64,000 nucleotides of DNA from Octopus vulgaris (taxonomy: Eukaryota). The stretch covers positions 17,608,001 to 17,672,000 of the forward strand of contig OX597834.1 of the NCBI GenBank assembly GCA_951406725.2, written 5' to 3'. This document shows positions 39,130-53,475 of this stretch, piece by piece. The position numbers and the translations under genes were made by a program. Position 1 is the first letter of the stretch, and each line of letters opens with the position of its first letter. The notes beneath the pieces are model-generated. The model searched no databases. It saw only the letters and a program-made list of their open reading frames with translations, and was not told the DNA's origin.

Positions 39130-41140
39130 TTTTGTTGGCCGTAAAGTGCAAATGATTTCATTGCGCTAGTGCTGGAATTTTACGACTCTGGAGATGTGAA
39201 CATAATAATTCAGAACATCCTGAACTCAATATGGACAGCATGTGCAGTATTAGTACCACGTAAGCACAAAAACATCTCAAAAGTGCAATTTGGGAGACTG
39301 CAGCAGTCAGACTTGCCAGGAAAGAACGTCGTAATGCTGAACGGGAATACAAACTGCATAAATCAGGAAAAAGTGCAATAAATCATTCAACCATCTCAAG
39401 CAAGGTGACAAAAGAGGGCAGTACTTGAATTTGAGCAGTGCATAGCAACCAACCCTGACAGTGAGGTGTTCTGGAAATATGTGCGTTCAAAGCAGAAACC
39501 TCACTCTCCAGTTGGTTCTCTTCGCAATCCCCACACAAACCAGATTACTGATGATCCCCTAAAATGCGCAGAACTCATTGCTGAAAGCTATGCAGGCATT
39601 TTCACTGTCGAAAACTAAAACGTACATCTCCACCACCTCTGACACCAAATTCCATAAAATTCCATGAAATTTACATCTGCAATGCTGCGACATCATCTTA
39701 AGAATAAGCGCAACTATGCTTCTCCTGGTCTTGAGGGTGTTACGTACCTGCTTCTCAAACGTGGTGGGTACGTTCTTCTGCACCAGCCTTCATTTTTCTT
39801 TCAGTTCTGTCTTAACGGTGTTACTCCGGAGCAGAGGAAAACTACCAGTGTCATTCTTCTGTTCAAAAAGGGTGACCGCACGTCGCCTGTCAACTATCGT
39901 CCAGTCAGTCTTACTAGATGCATTGCCAAACTGATGGAATCCTGTGTAAGAGGAAGACTCCGAAATTTCTGGAGTTCTCACAACCCTATCCGGCCTTCGC
40001 ACTTTGGATTTATCCCTAACTCTAGCTGCTGTGATCAACTTGTCGAGTTTCTTGAAGACATTACCCGGGACACTGATGGCGGCTTATGGGTGGATATTGT
40101 TTACCTAGACTTTGCTAAAACTTTTAATTCTGTGTTACACAAAAGACTTTTGGCAAAATTCTCTGCAGTGAGTGTGAAAGATGATCTTTTTAACTGGTTG
40201 GAGTCCTTCGTTCTCAGCTGAAAAGAGGTAGTCACGGTACTAGGACAGCATTCTTCATCCTGTGAGATGTCATCTGGTGTACCGCAGGGATCAGTTCTTG
40301 GTCCCCATTTGTTTGTTGCATACATTAATGGCATAGATGTCAACTCAAAGAATGCCACAGTGGTAAAATATGCAGATGACATCAAGCTGTACCTTGAGAT
40401 AAAAAGGACAGATCCCGAACACTATAGATCTTTCCTGCAATCGGACCTGGACACAATACAATAATGGATCACAGACTGGCAACTCAGGCTGGCTGTGGAC
40501 AAGTGTATCACCATGCATTTTGGGAGGAAAAACCCAGCGTCCACATACTCTCTCCACAACACTAATATTAAAGAAGTGTTTTTGTGAACGTGACATGAGC
40601 ATTACTGTCAGCAGCGATTTGCGCTGGAGAAAGCACATCTCTAAAATTGTCAAGAAGGCTGAGGGTGTCTTGGCATTACTCAGAAAGATCTTTGTCAGCC
40701 ATTCTCCAGTTATCTATTTAATGCTGTATATGACTATGGTGCAGCCACACTTGGAATTTTCATCAACAGTCTGGAACCCCTATCTTGCTCAGGACATTGA
40801 CTTCCTGGGAACTGTTCAGAGACATGTAACCAAGCGAATGCCCTCCATGAGGCATCTATCATACTCTGAACATTTTGCTTCCTTGGGCATAGATACATTG
40901 AAGCCCCGACGTCTGGCAACTGACCCACAAAATTATTAACCATCGTGTCAACAACCACCCTGAGCACCTTTTTCAGCTCCATGTGTCAAACACACGTGGA
41001 CATGCCTACAAAGTCAGAAAACAGCACAACTCCCATGACTTTCGGAAACATTTTTTCACACTCAGAGTTGCTGAAGCATGGAACAAACTACCTGAATCAG
41101 TTGTTAGTTGCTGAGACATTGCATCCTTTAAAGCCTCCGA
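39130..41140 (+). mobile_element. CR1-clade LINE, 5'-truncated ORF2 (reverse transcriptase) pseudogene
   Basis: LFKKGDRTSPVNYRPVSLT; DIVYLDFAKTFNSVLH; SGVPQGSVLGPHLF; KYADDIKL; MVQPHLEFSSTVWNPY; TRGHAYK. Stops and frameshifts. Confidence 0.95.
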
Positions 41141-41747
41141 AAAATTTGGTATTACAAAACTTTGTATTACAAGTTTTGCAAGTATTATGTATGTATTACA
41201 AATTAATTCACGAAGCATCTCTTTAAGATACAGATTAAAACGTAACTATAATGAGTTTATAAAATTTTCCTGTGAAGTTTTTCAAGTTCATTGATTTTAT
41301 TTTTCTGTGTACTATTGACACTGTGGAGAAATTATCCATGTAGTTCTCATTCTGAGTATTCTTCATTCATTGTCAAGGCTCACTGATAAAATTCATATAT
41401 AATTCCTCTTAAGTCATTTCCTGTTAAAAATGCAAATTAGCTTGCCATGGTCGTGGATGCGACTGTTTCCTATTGTAAAGCCATAGCTAACGTATTTTGC
41501 TTGTTTGTAATCTTAAGGGAAAAACTTAACGGTGATTCGGATTATGTACCCCAAACATATTGGGAAATATTTTCCTTAGTTTTACTTATCTATTTATTTT
41601 ACAAATTTTGTGTTTCAAACAACGGAAATTACGATTCTGAATTTTTTGCATAATTTCAATTCTTTTACAATCCCCCCCACCTCCACTAGAATTCTGTAAC
41701 TTTCTCATTTCCTATGAGGTATGGTTTTCCTAATCCGAAACTCCATC

Positions 41748-41919
41748 CATGCCCAACGCTAGGGGTGGGGGAAGAGGATAGCACTGCCCCCTCACTATTC
41801 AAAGGTGCACCCTCAGATTTAGAAAATACAGTTTACAAAAATCTTCCCACAATGCAAATTAGTACCTACCCAGAATATTTTGAAGCATCCCCGGGCATGG
41901 AAGTCAGGCGACGGGCCTG
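41748..41919 (-). mobile_element. hAT-like MITE (copy 3 of 3)
   Basis: Perfect 8-bp TSD ACTCCATC (41740-47 / 41920-27). TIR CATGCCC...CGGGCCTG. Confidence 0.85.
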
Positions 41920-42358
41920 ACTCCATCATAAAGTTGTATTGTTTGTAACAAACTGTACTGAATGTGTTTTTGTTATTCTTCTCTAACTCTCACTCTCTCA
42001 ACAATTCATTAAAAAATATATTTGCTGATTTAAGTAATTATTCGAGAGTAGCACTGGATGTTATTTCCAGACGAGTTCTAGTCTCTTCAAATTATTATTT
42101 TGGAATTGCATCATGGTTACATTAAATTCAAACTTCCTTGTTATTATGTCCAGTTGTAACAACTACTAATTAACAAAGGCTTTTTATTCCCCTTCCTAAT
42201 TGAGTCGCTCTATGTTATATACTGACAGTATAATTATTTTATTAACCTCTAACCCCAGTGATGGAAAGGCAAGTCGACCTCAATGGTCGACTCCAACATC
42301 CCTGTCGAGTTTGCCACAAGTATCAGAATATCATGAGCTTAAAGTTAGATCCTCAGGC

Positions 42359-42403
<45 letters not shown>

Positions 42404-42432
42404 TAATAATAATGATGATAATAATGATAATA
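42359..42432. repeat. (AAT)n microsatellite
   Basis: Direct read. Confidence 0.95.
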
Positions 42433-44329
42433 AACGAGCTTAGCTAGCAAGCAAACACCAGCTTAGCCAGCCGTTGGTGTTATTTCTGGTCATTTAGTAG
42501 ATTTTCTTTTTATTGATCTCGAAATCGATTTCAGAGGTAGTGACTATATCAGACTAATATATATATCCGTTGAAGGTATATACTTAACAGAGCAGCAGAG
42601 TGAAGAATATGCCCTTCAGCGATTCATCGCCCTTTTGGCAGTTTAAAGAAGTAAAGGTTAAGTGTTAAAGTGGCTTTCAATTTTATGGCATCCTAGTTCT
42701 TGAGTCAACGTTTTACGTTGGGTGTGCAACACAAATTCACTTGCAGCACTTTAACGAGCAACCTGGTAGATAGGTCAGTAAAATTAGTTGCAATGAAAAC
42801 AAGTACAATCCTATTAAACACGCCTGATATGTCATTACATTTAGACGTTACTGTTGTTTTTATCTTTCATTGAGATGCTGTGACATCTCCAAACGGATCT
42901 CTTATTTAGTGCATATAAAATTTTCTTACATACCCACAAAGTAACTCATTTGTTGGTGATGGTAAGTGGATTGTTGATCAGATCGATGACTAGTAATTAT
43001 TTTATTGCACTTGGAAGGATAAAAGGCAAAAAGATGACAGGATTTCAGTTCATACAATAATGGAATAAATCACAATGTTATAGAAAACAATACAATTGAC
43101 ACAACAGTATAATATGTAAGCAGGGTTTTATTAAAGATAAGTATTACATACTAAAAGAAAAAAAAATGCTTATACGGCACATAGTTGTTAACAGTATTAA
43201 ATTCTGTTACAAGCAGTCTTATAAGATATAGACAATAAAAGTATATCTTTACACGTAAAGTATTTAATCAAGAAACCTGAACGCGCGCGCGCGCGCACAC
43301 ACACACACACACACACATCTAAGTAATACAATCTTACATCAACCAAGTGAATCATTTAATCACCGAGTGCACAACGACTCAAAAGACAATCGGTGCTACG
43401 ATTTATGTTTATGTCAATTAAGCAAATGGAGCTGAAATATATCGCATCAAGTAAATGCGGAACATTTGAAAGAAGTTGGAAATATATTCACTTAGTCATG
43501 GGAGAAGTCCGATTTGAAATCATTTTATTTTACTTACGTTGCTGATATCATTGACAAAGTCATAACAATCATTTGCTTTTGTTTCCTTGATTCAGTCAAA
43601 TATGAAATCTAGGCAAAAATAAATATGTATCTGTGTGTGTGTGTGTGTGTGTGTGTGAATACAAAACAGGAAAAATGCTCATTGGCTTGTTGGTTCATTA
43701 TTAAATATTTAATTTTCGTCAAATATTTCTTACTCAGAACCCCTCCTTCTCTATGTTATATTCTAGTAATTTTTGTAAGTCATTACTGAAAAAGAAGAAA
43801 AAAAAATAGCGACACTTTCATCAAGTATACAATGCTTCATCTGCTTCTTATATCTCTTCTTGAAAACTTACCTCTGACAGATGATCTGGACTGTGGAGAG
43901 CTAATTTATTTTGGTAGAAGTACGTCTCAATATTACTAACGAAATAAGAATCATTCACGTTCAGCTTGAATACCAAAATACTAACAATTTGTTCTGCTAC
44001 AACACACACTTTATGAAAAGAGTATTTTGAAATATTTCCAGTTTAAATTTTTATGAAAAATGTGGAAATTAGGGGAAATTTTAAGTTTGGTGTTTTGCAT
44101 ATTTGAAACAGAGAGAGATAGAGATATTTGGAAATCAAACTGCTAATCTGTAAGTAAGCATATTTATTGTTTAACTCATGCGAAGAGATTAAGCAATTTA
44201 TGTAGAGTCAGTTAAACTCTCGTAATAATACGAAAAATAGAATTCAATAAAATTTTAAATGATTATTTTTTTTTCATTTGTTGACGTTTACAGCTATCCG
44301 AGTCAATGAGCTGTCAGACGGCTGGTCGA

Positions 44330-45020
44330 ATGTACGTTATCAACGGCGATCGCAACCTTGAAATGTCCCATTCATTTCCTATCCTGTCCTGTTCGTCCAT
44401 CCATAGTTTGATGACAATGATATCACTCAACAGTTCTAAGACATCCAGTGTTTCGGGGAGTGGCTGACAAGTCAAATAGAGACACAAAACATTGGACAGT
44501 CGGAACTCCACGCCAGTGCGCTGAAAGCTTTGGACTTCCAGGACTCCATTAGCGTAGCTAGGGGGTGGGGCGGGCGGTAGAGGCGGCACTTGTAAAGGGG
44601 TGGTATTTTTCATCCTGTTGTAGGCAATATATGTTTTTTGTGGGGTCAGGGGGCGGCAAACGGAAGGGCCTCCAGGGTGGCACACACTCTAGCTACATTA
44701 GTGCATGGCTCCCTCTTTTACTCATATGTTATGATATTTTTCCTGGTGAGGTTGTACTTGGTAGATCTCTCAATAACAAAGTTATCTTATATCTTTGGAT
44801 TGACACTGAAGAACAAGTTCCCAGAGACCAAGAACTTCGATGTCATGCTATTGCCCAGCAGTGCACACACTCTGCTGTACAGGGCTCGACTGTAACTGGC
44901 CTGATCGCATTGACAGAATGGACGAAGAACGCTCTCTGAAACATTATTTTTGCAGTGAGTTGGCTGGGTGGATATGATCGATTAATGGATAGTTCAGATG
45001 CTATAAAGACACTTGCAATG
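44330..45020 (+). mobile_element. RTE/BovB-like LINE 3' fragment interrupted by a MITE
   Basis: WPDRIDRMDEERSLKHYFCSEL...CYKDTC (cf. WAGHV.RM...R.PK..FY.EL...RYKD) at ~44895-45015. Confidence 0.6.
44547..44703. mobile_element. GC-rich hAT-like MITE
   Basis: TIR CATTAGCGTAGCTAG / CTAGCTACATTAGTG. Imperfect 8-bp TSD CAGGACTC/CATGGCTC. Confidence 0.65.
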
Positions 45021-47416
45021 CTTCCTCATCTACTTAACTATAATAACGTTGATAGGAAAAAACTGACCACCGCAAACAGATGTAACGTTTAATAGACACA
45101 TGTTTCGCTAACTTGCAGTATCGAGTTCAAATCCTTGTAAGAGTGTTGCCTGATTTTCCCTTTAAAAACAATTTCCCTGTCTGTATTACACGACTTCAGT
45201 AGGCATTCAATAAAGCTTGAATACTACTGGCTAAGGAACTGACACACAGTGTCAGAGAAGTTGATTTAATCGATCCAGTACCATTGCTTTATCAGTCCGA
45301 GAAAAATAAAAAGTGAAATTGATCGTTGTGGGCCCTGAACTTAGAATTTAGAGGGACCGTTAATCAATTACTTTGTCTAATTACTACTTCTGCCATCCAC
45401 ATCTGATTCCAGAAAATAATAAAGGATAGTTTTGCATAGACTGTTCGTTTGTTTTTAGATGGTTAAGTTGGCTACTTTTCTTCACCAAAGTTATTCATAA
45501 ACTATGAAATTTTACAATACTGATGCTCACGACTGCGAATGCTTCTATCCTATGGTGCTTATATGCAACAAGCTTGTTAAATGCTTGATTAGTTTGCCTG
45601 CTACGAACATAACACAATTCTTCTGACGATCATCGACTACCTGGAGAGTTAGTTGATAGACAACAACATATCTTGATAGTCGCAAGTGGGTACGCTGCCT
45701 TTTCCACACTGACGAAGCTAATTATAAAAATAAGCCGGTCGTTGTTTCGTTTGTTTTGCTAGAGCAGATCAAAGCGCTCCAGCCACGATCTTACCGCATT
45801 TTTTTTATTGACCAACACTGTATTACTCAGTGTGTCTTTTCTTTTTTATGACGATATGGTAAGGTATGATTTGAAAATGTATTGTTTCTAGCAGGTGGAA
45901 TAACCATGTAACAGTATCCTCGTTGGTTGAAGAATACTATCGATAAAAATTAATTGATTGATATTATACTAAGTTAACGGAAACAGACCCGTGAGCTTAC
46001 GGGTCGGCCCACGCTGGATAGTCACGCTCTAGGTGACCGTCGCACCCCAAGGAACACTCCCTTGAACAGCTGTCGAGTGGTGACCTCAACGATTTCGGCA
46101 GTATCACTGACAGTTTTACTCCCTCCAGCGGGTTCTAAGTAGTATTGATACTATCAGAAAATTTCGGGGTTCTTTTGACTCACACCGTAGAACACCTCCA
46201 TCCCGTTTTCAATACAGCCACCATACCAAACCGAGTTGCAACTGTAAGCGCGCCAACCTTGCAACTGAAGAATTTTTTTCTCCCTACCCTTTGAACTGCA
46301 ATGCATGTGATGAAGTATTTCCTGCATCCGCCTCCTCTAAACAAATCACTGCTCTGTAGGCTTTGTTTAGTCCAATGCTAGCCAAGTGAATGTAGTTATA
46401 ATCCCACGGATTATTCTTCCTCACTACAGGCGCCTTATGATTGATTGCCATCTTCTGAACTGAATCACAAATAATTTAATGTTTTACCATCAGTCACTTC
46501 TTTAATGAAATACATAATAAAATTAGGTAAAAGGGTATGGATATAAAAGAATTGAAAGAGCAGTGTAGATAGGTATAAAGGAAAATCGATTGAAAGATCA
46601 AGTTAGAGATAGGTAAAAATGTAATAGAGTAAAACACTAATCTAAGAGTTACTTCCCTTCCATCCTGTATATTTTATTTCCAATTTTTCTCGAAATAACT
46701 ATCTGCTTATATTTTGATACGGCGACTACCCATTTCTGATAGGATTTTAAGTTGAGATTACTCTCGGCCAGACACATTTAAAGCCTTTTCTCAATGTTAC
46801 TTTGGCGGACTTTCAGAATAGCTATCAGGAAATTTTGTTTCATTATATTTTTTCGCTATTTTTTAAATAATTTTGTAATATCCCACTTGCCAAAACACTA
46901 GGAATTCGCATTTAAAAAGACCCCCCCCCCTAGTTTTCAAATTTCATCGCGCCTTCAGAATAGCAGCCACGATTAAAATTTTATATTAATCCTAACAGCT
47001 AATTTTCTTTTTTTTTTTTCACTCCTATGTTATATTTGATGGCAAACTTGAACGGTTCGGGGCAACCCATTAAGATGTTTCGACTCACAAACGAGAAAAT
47101 AAATACTTTATTACGAAAACACGCTGTTATTTTCTACCGGCGATCTATACTGATTAATCCCTCTGCTTGCATTTTGTGTTTTTTCTTCGAAATAACCGAC
47201 GCGAGTCTATGCTTAAATTTGTCATAAGCACAAGGTCTATGTGCACAGTAAAATTGATGCTTGCACATATACAGGTACAGATGAGTGGCGAACAAACACG
47301 CATTCATCGTTTTGTTACTATTACTTAAGTGTCATTATTCGACTTTATGATCAGTCGGTCTGTCTGTCTCTCTGTTTCTGTCTGTCTGTCTGTCTCTGTC
47401 TGTCTGTCTGTCTCTT

Positions 47417-47450
<34 letters not shown>

Positions 47451-47839
47451 GTTGCAGCCATATACTGGAAAATACTTTATGGCTATAAACTGGTAAAACA
47501 CGCAGACAGATACGTATAATTCTAGCACTAGTTGGGTAGACTGAGTCACTAATGAACTATCTTGCTTTACATCACAGCGCAACTTCCACGAGAGTAAACA
47601 TACATACGACATATATATATATATATATATATAACCGCTTATTTCATTATAATTACGAATAATGTTTCAATCGCTTATTATCTGCTGATTATTGTTATCG
47701 AAAGAGCTTTGTCCAAAAGCGACCACAATAAGCGGCTTTCACTGTATGCGCACTACATACATGAGAAATTTGAAACTGTTGGATCTAAGTTATAGATTTT
47801 CATTTGTACATATTATCATAGGTGCACTAGGCTATATAA

Positions 47840-48040
47840 CAGTGGTTTTCAACCAGGGTTCCGCCAGTACAGTCCAGGGGTTCCGCAAGAAGTTACAAAA
47901 CTGCTAAAATCGGCAGTAATTTTTAATTCTCCTGTGCAGATATGTGTGCATAAGACATTTAAATTATTGCACAGGGGTTCCTCGAGCCAGTGGAATGTTT
48001 CCTTGGGGTTCCACTCCAGCAAAACGTTTGAAAAGCACTG
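47840..48040. mobile_element. hAT (Charlie-like) MITE, 201 bp
   Basis: TIR CAGTGGTTTTCAA / TTGAAAAGCACTG. Perfect 8-bp TSD CTATATAA (47832-39 / 48041-48). Confidence 0.9.
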
Positions 48041-48570
48041 CTATATAACAACAGATTTGCTTAAAAGCCCACAAATGCTGGAGTTCGCCAAAGAAAGACA
48101 AACTAAACGTATTCTTATTGTCCAAACACAATGGATTAGTGGTACTGTGAAAATTTGCAAAACATTCCAAAGAATCTTCATCCGAGGTTCCTGAGCTAAA
48201 CAACATGCACACAGTCACATATGCATATTAAATCCATACACATACAAGCAGTAACGAAGCAAACAGACACACTTATGTACCCAAGTAACATGTATATCCA
48301 CTGAGTTCAAGCATACTTACATACACCAATTCAAATACCTACAAACCCGAAGAAGTGTCTTGACTTAAACAAAAGATCTTCGTCACTTTGTTAGTGACCG
48401 GTTTGAATTCTTCAAAGGAAAAATAACTTAAAATGCCCAATACATACATCAAAGATAAAGACTGGCTTTCCTTTTTAGTGAAGAAATATAACCCACTCTA
48501 CCTCAACAGCTACTCAACTTTTATAAGCGGCTTTTACTGTATTCCTACATACATACATACATACATACAT

Positions 48571-48880
48571 GCATCACATGATCACGTGACCGACCAGGCC
48601 ATCAGATGTTGCTATACATCGCCGGTCACAATGCACTTCACATTGTTTTAGCCTTCAATGACACCACCCCGCTGGCTAAGCGAGCCGGCTAACAGAAGAA
48701 AGAGTGAGAGAAAGTTGTGGTGAAAGAGTACAGCAGGGATCACCACCGGCGCCTGCCGGAGCCTCGTGGAGCTTTAGGTGTTTTCGCTCAATAAACACTC
48801 ACAATGCCTGGTCTGGAAATCGAAACCGCGATCCTACGACCGCGAGTCCGCTGCCCTAACCACTGGGCCATTGCACCTCC
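48571..48880 (-). mobile_element. SINE family C with alternative 3' tail, inserted in (TACA)n
   Basis: 48700-48880 is nearly identical to 5967-6148. 48571-48690 differs from the other copy's tail. Flanked by (TACA)n. Confidence 0.85.
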
Positions 48881-49029
48881 ACACATACATACATACATAC
48901 ATACATACATACATACATACATACATACATACATAATGAGAAACTTGCAGCTCTTGCATCTTAGTCCTAGATTTTCATTTCTGTTATTGTCATAGATAAG
49001 ATTATGCAGCTGCTAGTCTCACAGCTGTG

Positions 49030-49520
49030 TGGGGCTGGTGCTTCTTTGGAACCTTGACCGCATCCAGAAAGAAAAATAAACCCTCTTTAATTAATATGAA
49101 GTCACTGACTAATAGGGATCAGCACGTGTCATGTAGGCGCATTGTCTTCGCTCTCATCTTTTGCTATCATTGTCACAATGGCCTCGATTCCTTCGAACTG
49201 GTTGTCCTCATGCGACTCCACCCAATCACTCCCAATTCACTTGCCTCTCTTCTTCTCGTCATCCCTATTATATTCAAACCCCAGATCCTGCACCAACTCT
49301 TATGCTTAGTCTTCCTTCAAGAATGTTGTCCCTTGAAATGCTCTCTTTGTACATGTTTTCCTACAGCCGTCAACTTGCGACTCTTAAAAAGAGGAACGTC
49401 AGCTGTGTCGAACTCACCAGTCGCGGAAGATTTGCAAATCCCATATGACCGTCGGGTGTCTTTCAATCGTGAATTATTCCTTTCTTTCACGCACACCCTT
49501 TCTTCTGTTCGTTAATGCTA
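49030..49520 (+). mobile_element. L2/CR1-group LINE 3' end fragment (related decayed piece at ~49940-50300)
   Basis: RRIVFALIFCYHCHNGLDSFEL...SRHPYYI...VFPTAVNL (cf. HRR.V..L.LFYRY.HG.CS.EL...H...VFP..YNL). Confidence 0.55.
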
Positions 49521-50385
49521 TACTTGCTGTTCACTACAATAATGCAGCTTATATGTAAGCCTTCATATTTCAATTTCCCGCATACTGGTGTCACCCACAC
49601 GCAGCAACTTCAGACAGACAGGTACTGCTGAATAATGACTGTGAAAAATTCCTCAGTAGAGACACGGTAACCTCACCTCTTTTAGCAACAATAACAACAA
49701 CATACACACAACATGCAAAACAGTCGATACATATTTTAATGAAACTGGTTTGCACCTCATTCCTTTTAGTCAGAAGTAACAATCCACTAAAATCTTCTAA
49801 ACCGTGTAAAGGCTTAGAATTTCAGATGACACCAAATGTATAATCTTTTTAAAACTGCTCTATTAAGCCTAGTTCTCTAGAAAGTACATCAGCCTTGAAT
49901 AGTCGAGGATTCTCTCGAAAATTTTCAAATATGTGTCATATTACAATAGATGCATGAGACGGTGCTGCTGCTTTGCAAACAAACAACTGTGAGCGATTTC
50001 ATAAGAATACTATTCTTCTTTTGGTGAATATTTAATTATCAACACTTTGAAATAACCAACTCACAAACATGCAGTCTCCTCTCTTTTCTTCTTCTACCTG
50101 TACAACAACGGTCTCTGATCTTTTGGACTGACTGAATACTTCACCCAGACACACTTCATCCCACTCACCATGCCTCATCACCGAGCATTTTTCAACGCTT
50201 CTTCATCCGATGTCTGCAACTTGTCTGAACTTCTTCTCTGCGCACTCTTATATAGCGAACATTGACATAGAAATGTTTAAACCGAACACCAACCGCATCG
50301 ACCTCATCAGTCTGGAAGGGTTTGCAAAGGTGACCCTTCTCTGATTGCTTTAACAAAATGTGTCAGCGAGGAAAGCTCTGAGTGG

Positions 50386-50603
50386 TTGTTCGTTAGCACG
50401 CCGGGCGAAATGCTTAGCGGTATTTCGTCTGCGTTACGTTGTGAGTTCAAATTACGCCGAGGTCGACTTTGCCTTTCATCCTTTCGGGGTCGATAAATTA
50501 AGTACCAGTTACGCACTGGGGTCGATGTAATCGACTTAATACCTATGTCTGTCCTTGTTTGTCCCCTCTGTGTTTAGCCCCTTGTGGGTAATAAAGAAAT
50601 AGG
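50386..50603 (+). mobile_element. SINE family A, young copy with 'GCCCCTTGTGGG' tail
   Basis: Near-consensus core GCCGAGGTCGACTTTGCCTTTCATCCTTTCGGGGTCGATAAATTAAGTACCAG. Confidence 0.88.
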
Positions 50604-50854
50604 TTGTTCGATTTCATACAAGTATTAACCAAATCTCCAAATCATACATTACCATTTTAAGAAAAGAAGGATAATGTAAGTTTAGCAACACTGTTTAAAA
50701 AGATGGAGTGGTTGTGGCTGGAATGTCTTTGATTACAGGTATGCTTGATTAAGCCTGACTTTGGACTAAATAAAGACATAAAAGAACGCTGTAGCAAAAG
50801 TGAACTGCGAACTTTAATCATTCCAAATCTGAAACGTTAGTTGAAGTAAAACTA

Positions 50855-51260
50855 TACTCTTTTCTCTTTTACTCTTTTACTTGTTTCAGTCATTTGACTG
50901 CCGCCATGTTGGAGCACCGCCTTTAGTCGAGCAAATCGACCCCGGCACTTATTCTTTGTAAGCCCAGTACTTATTCTATCGGTCTCTTTTGCCGAACCGC
51001 TAAGTGACGGGGAGGTAAACACACCAGCATCGGTTGTCAAGCAATGCTAGGGAGACAAACACAGACACACAAACACATATATATATATGCATATATACGA
51101 CAGGCTTCTTTCAGTTTCCGTCTACCAAATCCACTCACAAGGCATTGGTCGGCCCGGGGCTATAGCAGAAGACACTTGCCCAAGATGCCACGCAGTGGGA
51201 CTGAACCCGGAACCATGTGGTTGGTTTCAAGCTACTTACCACACAGCCACTCCTGCGCCT
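50855..51260 (-). mobile_element. SINE family B, full length
   Basis: Minus-strand head AGGCGCAGGAGTGGCTGTGTGGTAAG...GGTTCCGGGTTCAGTCCC, CORE-like CTTGGGCAAGTGTCTT, A-rich AAAAGAGT tail. Confidence 0.88.
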
Positions 51261-51878
51261 ATGTTTATCTCATTAATTAATTTTATATCAAAAATAGTCT
51301 CTTGGTCAAATGTATGTGTATTTGTGGGCATATGATATATCCGCCTGCATATTGTTTGAAATAATACAATACTCTAAGTATTCCGATTTTCTACATCAGT
51401 TTTATCGGAAAATATATACGGAGATATATTTCTTAACATCATTGTATCATAATCTCCGACAAGGTACAATAAAAATGCGCGATGCGATACTAATTCACTA
51501 TATCGTATGTCGCCCAAAAGCTACTGTCTAGCAGAGTTCAACACTTTGCATTCTTATCACAACAAATCCATTTATATCTGTGGGAAAATCTGAAACATCT
51601 TCTTTCACCGCATATTTGGCACCGAGGAAATGTCGTACAAAGACAAATGATGTCGCTACTGCTGTTATTGTTGATATTATTAATGTTGTTAGCTATTTTT
51701 TTTTATTGCTGTTACTGCTCTTTGAAATCGTTGTTGTAGTAGTTGTAGTCGCCATGATTAATTTTTGTACATGAATAAATCGAAAAAAAACCACACCAAT
51801 TTTCTCTCTAATTCTTGTCGGTGCTCAGTACCAACAAGTCATATTCCCGAGGGAGGATAGTTAAGTACTGCGAGTCGA

Positions 51879-52296
51879 GGATCTTTTCGGTTTGAACGGC
51901 AGTTTTTTCTAGCGGTGTCATATGAAATTGTCACCCATAATTATGACCCTAGAATCGATCTATTGCATTTCAATCTGTTTTAGGGTTAGGGATAGGGGTG
52001 GAGGAAGGGTATCTTTTTTTTATTCACAAATGTAAATAAATCCAATCTGTTTCTTAAACGAGGGACATATTCATACGGCACAAAATGCTTTTTAACTCAA
52101 TAGACGTCACTGATTGGTTGAAATTGCAGAAATTGAAGAAAAAACAACAACAAATATATTACAAACTATAGAATTTTCTCAATAAAGCCAAGAGAAAAGG
52201 ATGTTTTATAAACACATTCTACCAGTATACGAAGTTTAAAATTTTTTAGTTACCTAGAAATTATGTTAAAAACTGCCGTTCAAACCGAAAAGATCC
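51879..52296. mobile_element. MITE with GGATCTTTTCGGTTTGAACGGCAG TIRs and 8-bp TSD
   Basis: Perfect TSD CGAGTCGA (51871-78 / 52297-304). ~29-bp TIRs. Internal TAGGGTTAGGG. Second copy at 56461-56866. Confidence 0.92.
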
Positions 52297-53475
52297 CGAG
52301 TCGATGATACTCATCAGTTATGCAATGTCTTGATTAGTACTTTAGTGTAGCATCTATTATAAGGCAGAAGGAGAAGAGAAAAAAGGATGAAAAGTGGATT
52401 TTAAAATGGTTTGGTCCATTTGTGACTGCTGTTACACTGTTCGTAAGGAACAAATATATCTGCTGTCGTTATTGACGTAATTTTTGTGGCTACACTTGTC
52501 TTTACACCAATTCTTCTGTTGCTACTATTGTCATTCTGTTGTTGAAAATTGCCATTTTTATTTTAAATTGCTGCATGTATTTATTTGTTATTGTTATTGC
52601 CAAATATCATGCCGACGAAAGGATTAATTTCAATAAGAACTTCTTTCACAGCATGAGGCCTCTCTAAAATAGAACAACTCTGAGTAGTATGAGGGTTTTG
52701 GATATCGCTATGTGGCTTTTGGATGTGACATCTTATCTACAGCTTCATGTGGAACACTGCCATGAGAAAACAAGAAATAAAACAATAACGATTTCTTTAG
52801 TCTAGACTAGGCACAAGGCCAGTTTTGTAATGGAGGTGGTATAGTCGATCAACTAAGTCTAGGTCTCTTACCTGTACAAATTGTTTCGGCATTAGACTGT
52901 CACCAAGCTTCTCTGCATGTTTTGAACATATTAAGGCATGGGCACGAGCAGGTATTAGGATATATCAAGTGTGCACCGTTGGTACCAACTAATTTAGGAA
53001 GAGAATGTTAAACTTAATTGATAGTGAACTTAAAGTCAATTCCAGCATGATTTGATTCCTGAAACGTGATGGATCAAAATACTTGCACTGCATCTAATCT
53101 AATACTACCACTTACGCCCTCAGCAATTAAAGTGAAACGTATCAAATGCTTCCACCATTTTATAGGTGTTCCTTTTATTTTGCTCACTGTTGGGATAGCA
53201 AAAAGTAGTTTATTTTACCTGAGCTCTAAACTTGAGTAAATACTGCAAAATAAGTACGTGCTCTCAAATTATAAAAGAGTCACATAGACATATTTATCAC
53301 GAAAACATACAACACTGCATTTTAACTACCCATTTAAAAACTCAACACGCTTTACAAATACACGCACTTATAACATATGATGATCCTTAATGGCAACGAC
53401 AAATATACTTTATGCAGCCAAATCAGCATAACAAAGGCTGTATTTCTTTTTAATTGAAAATAATTCTGAAAATAA

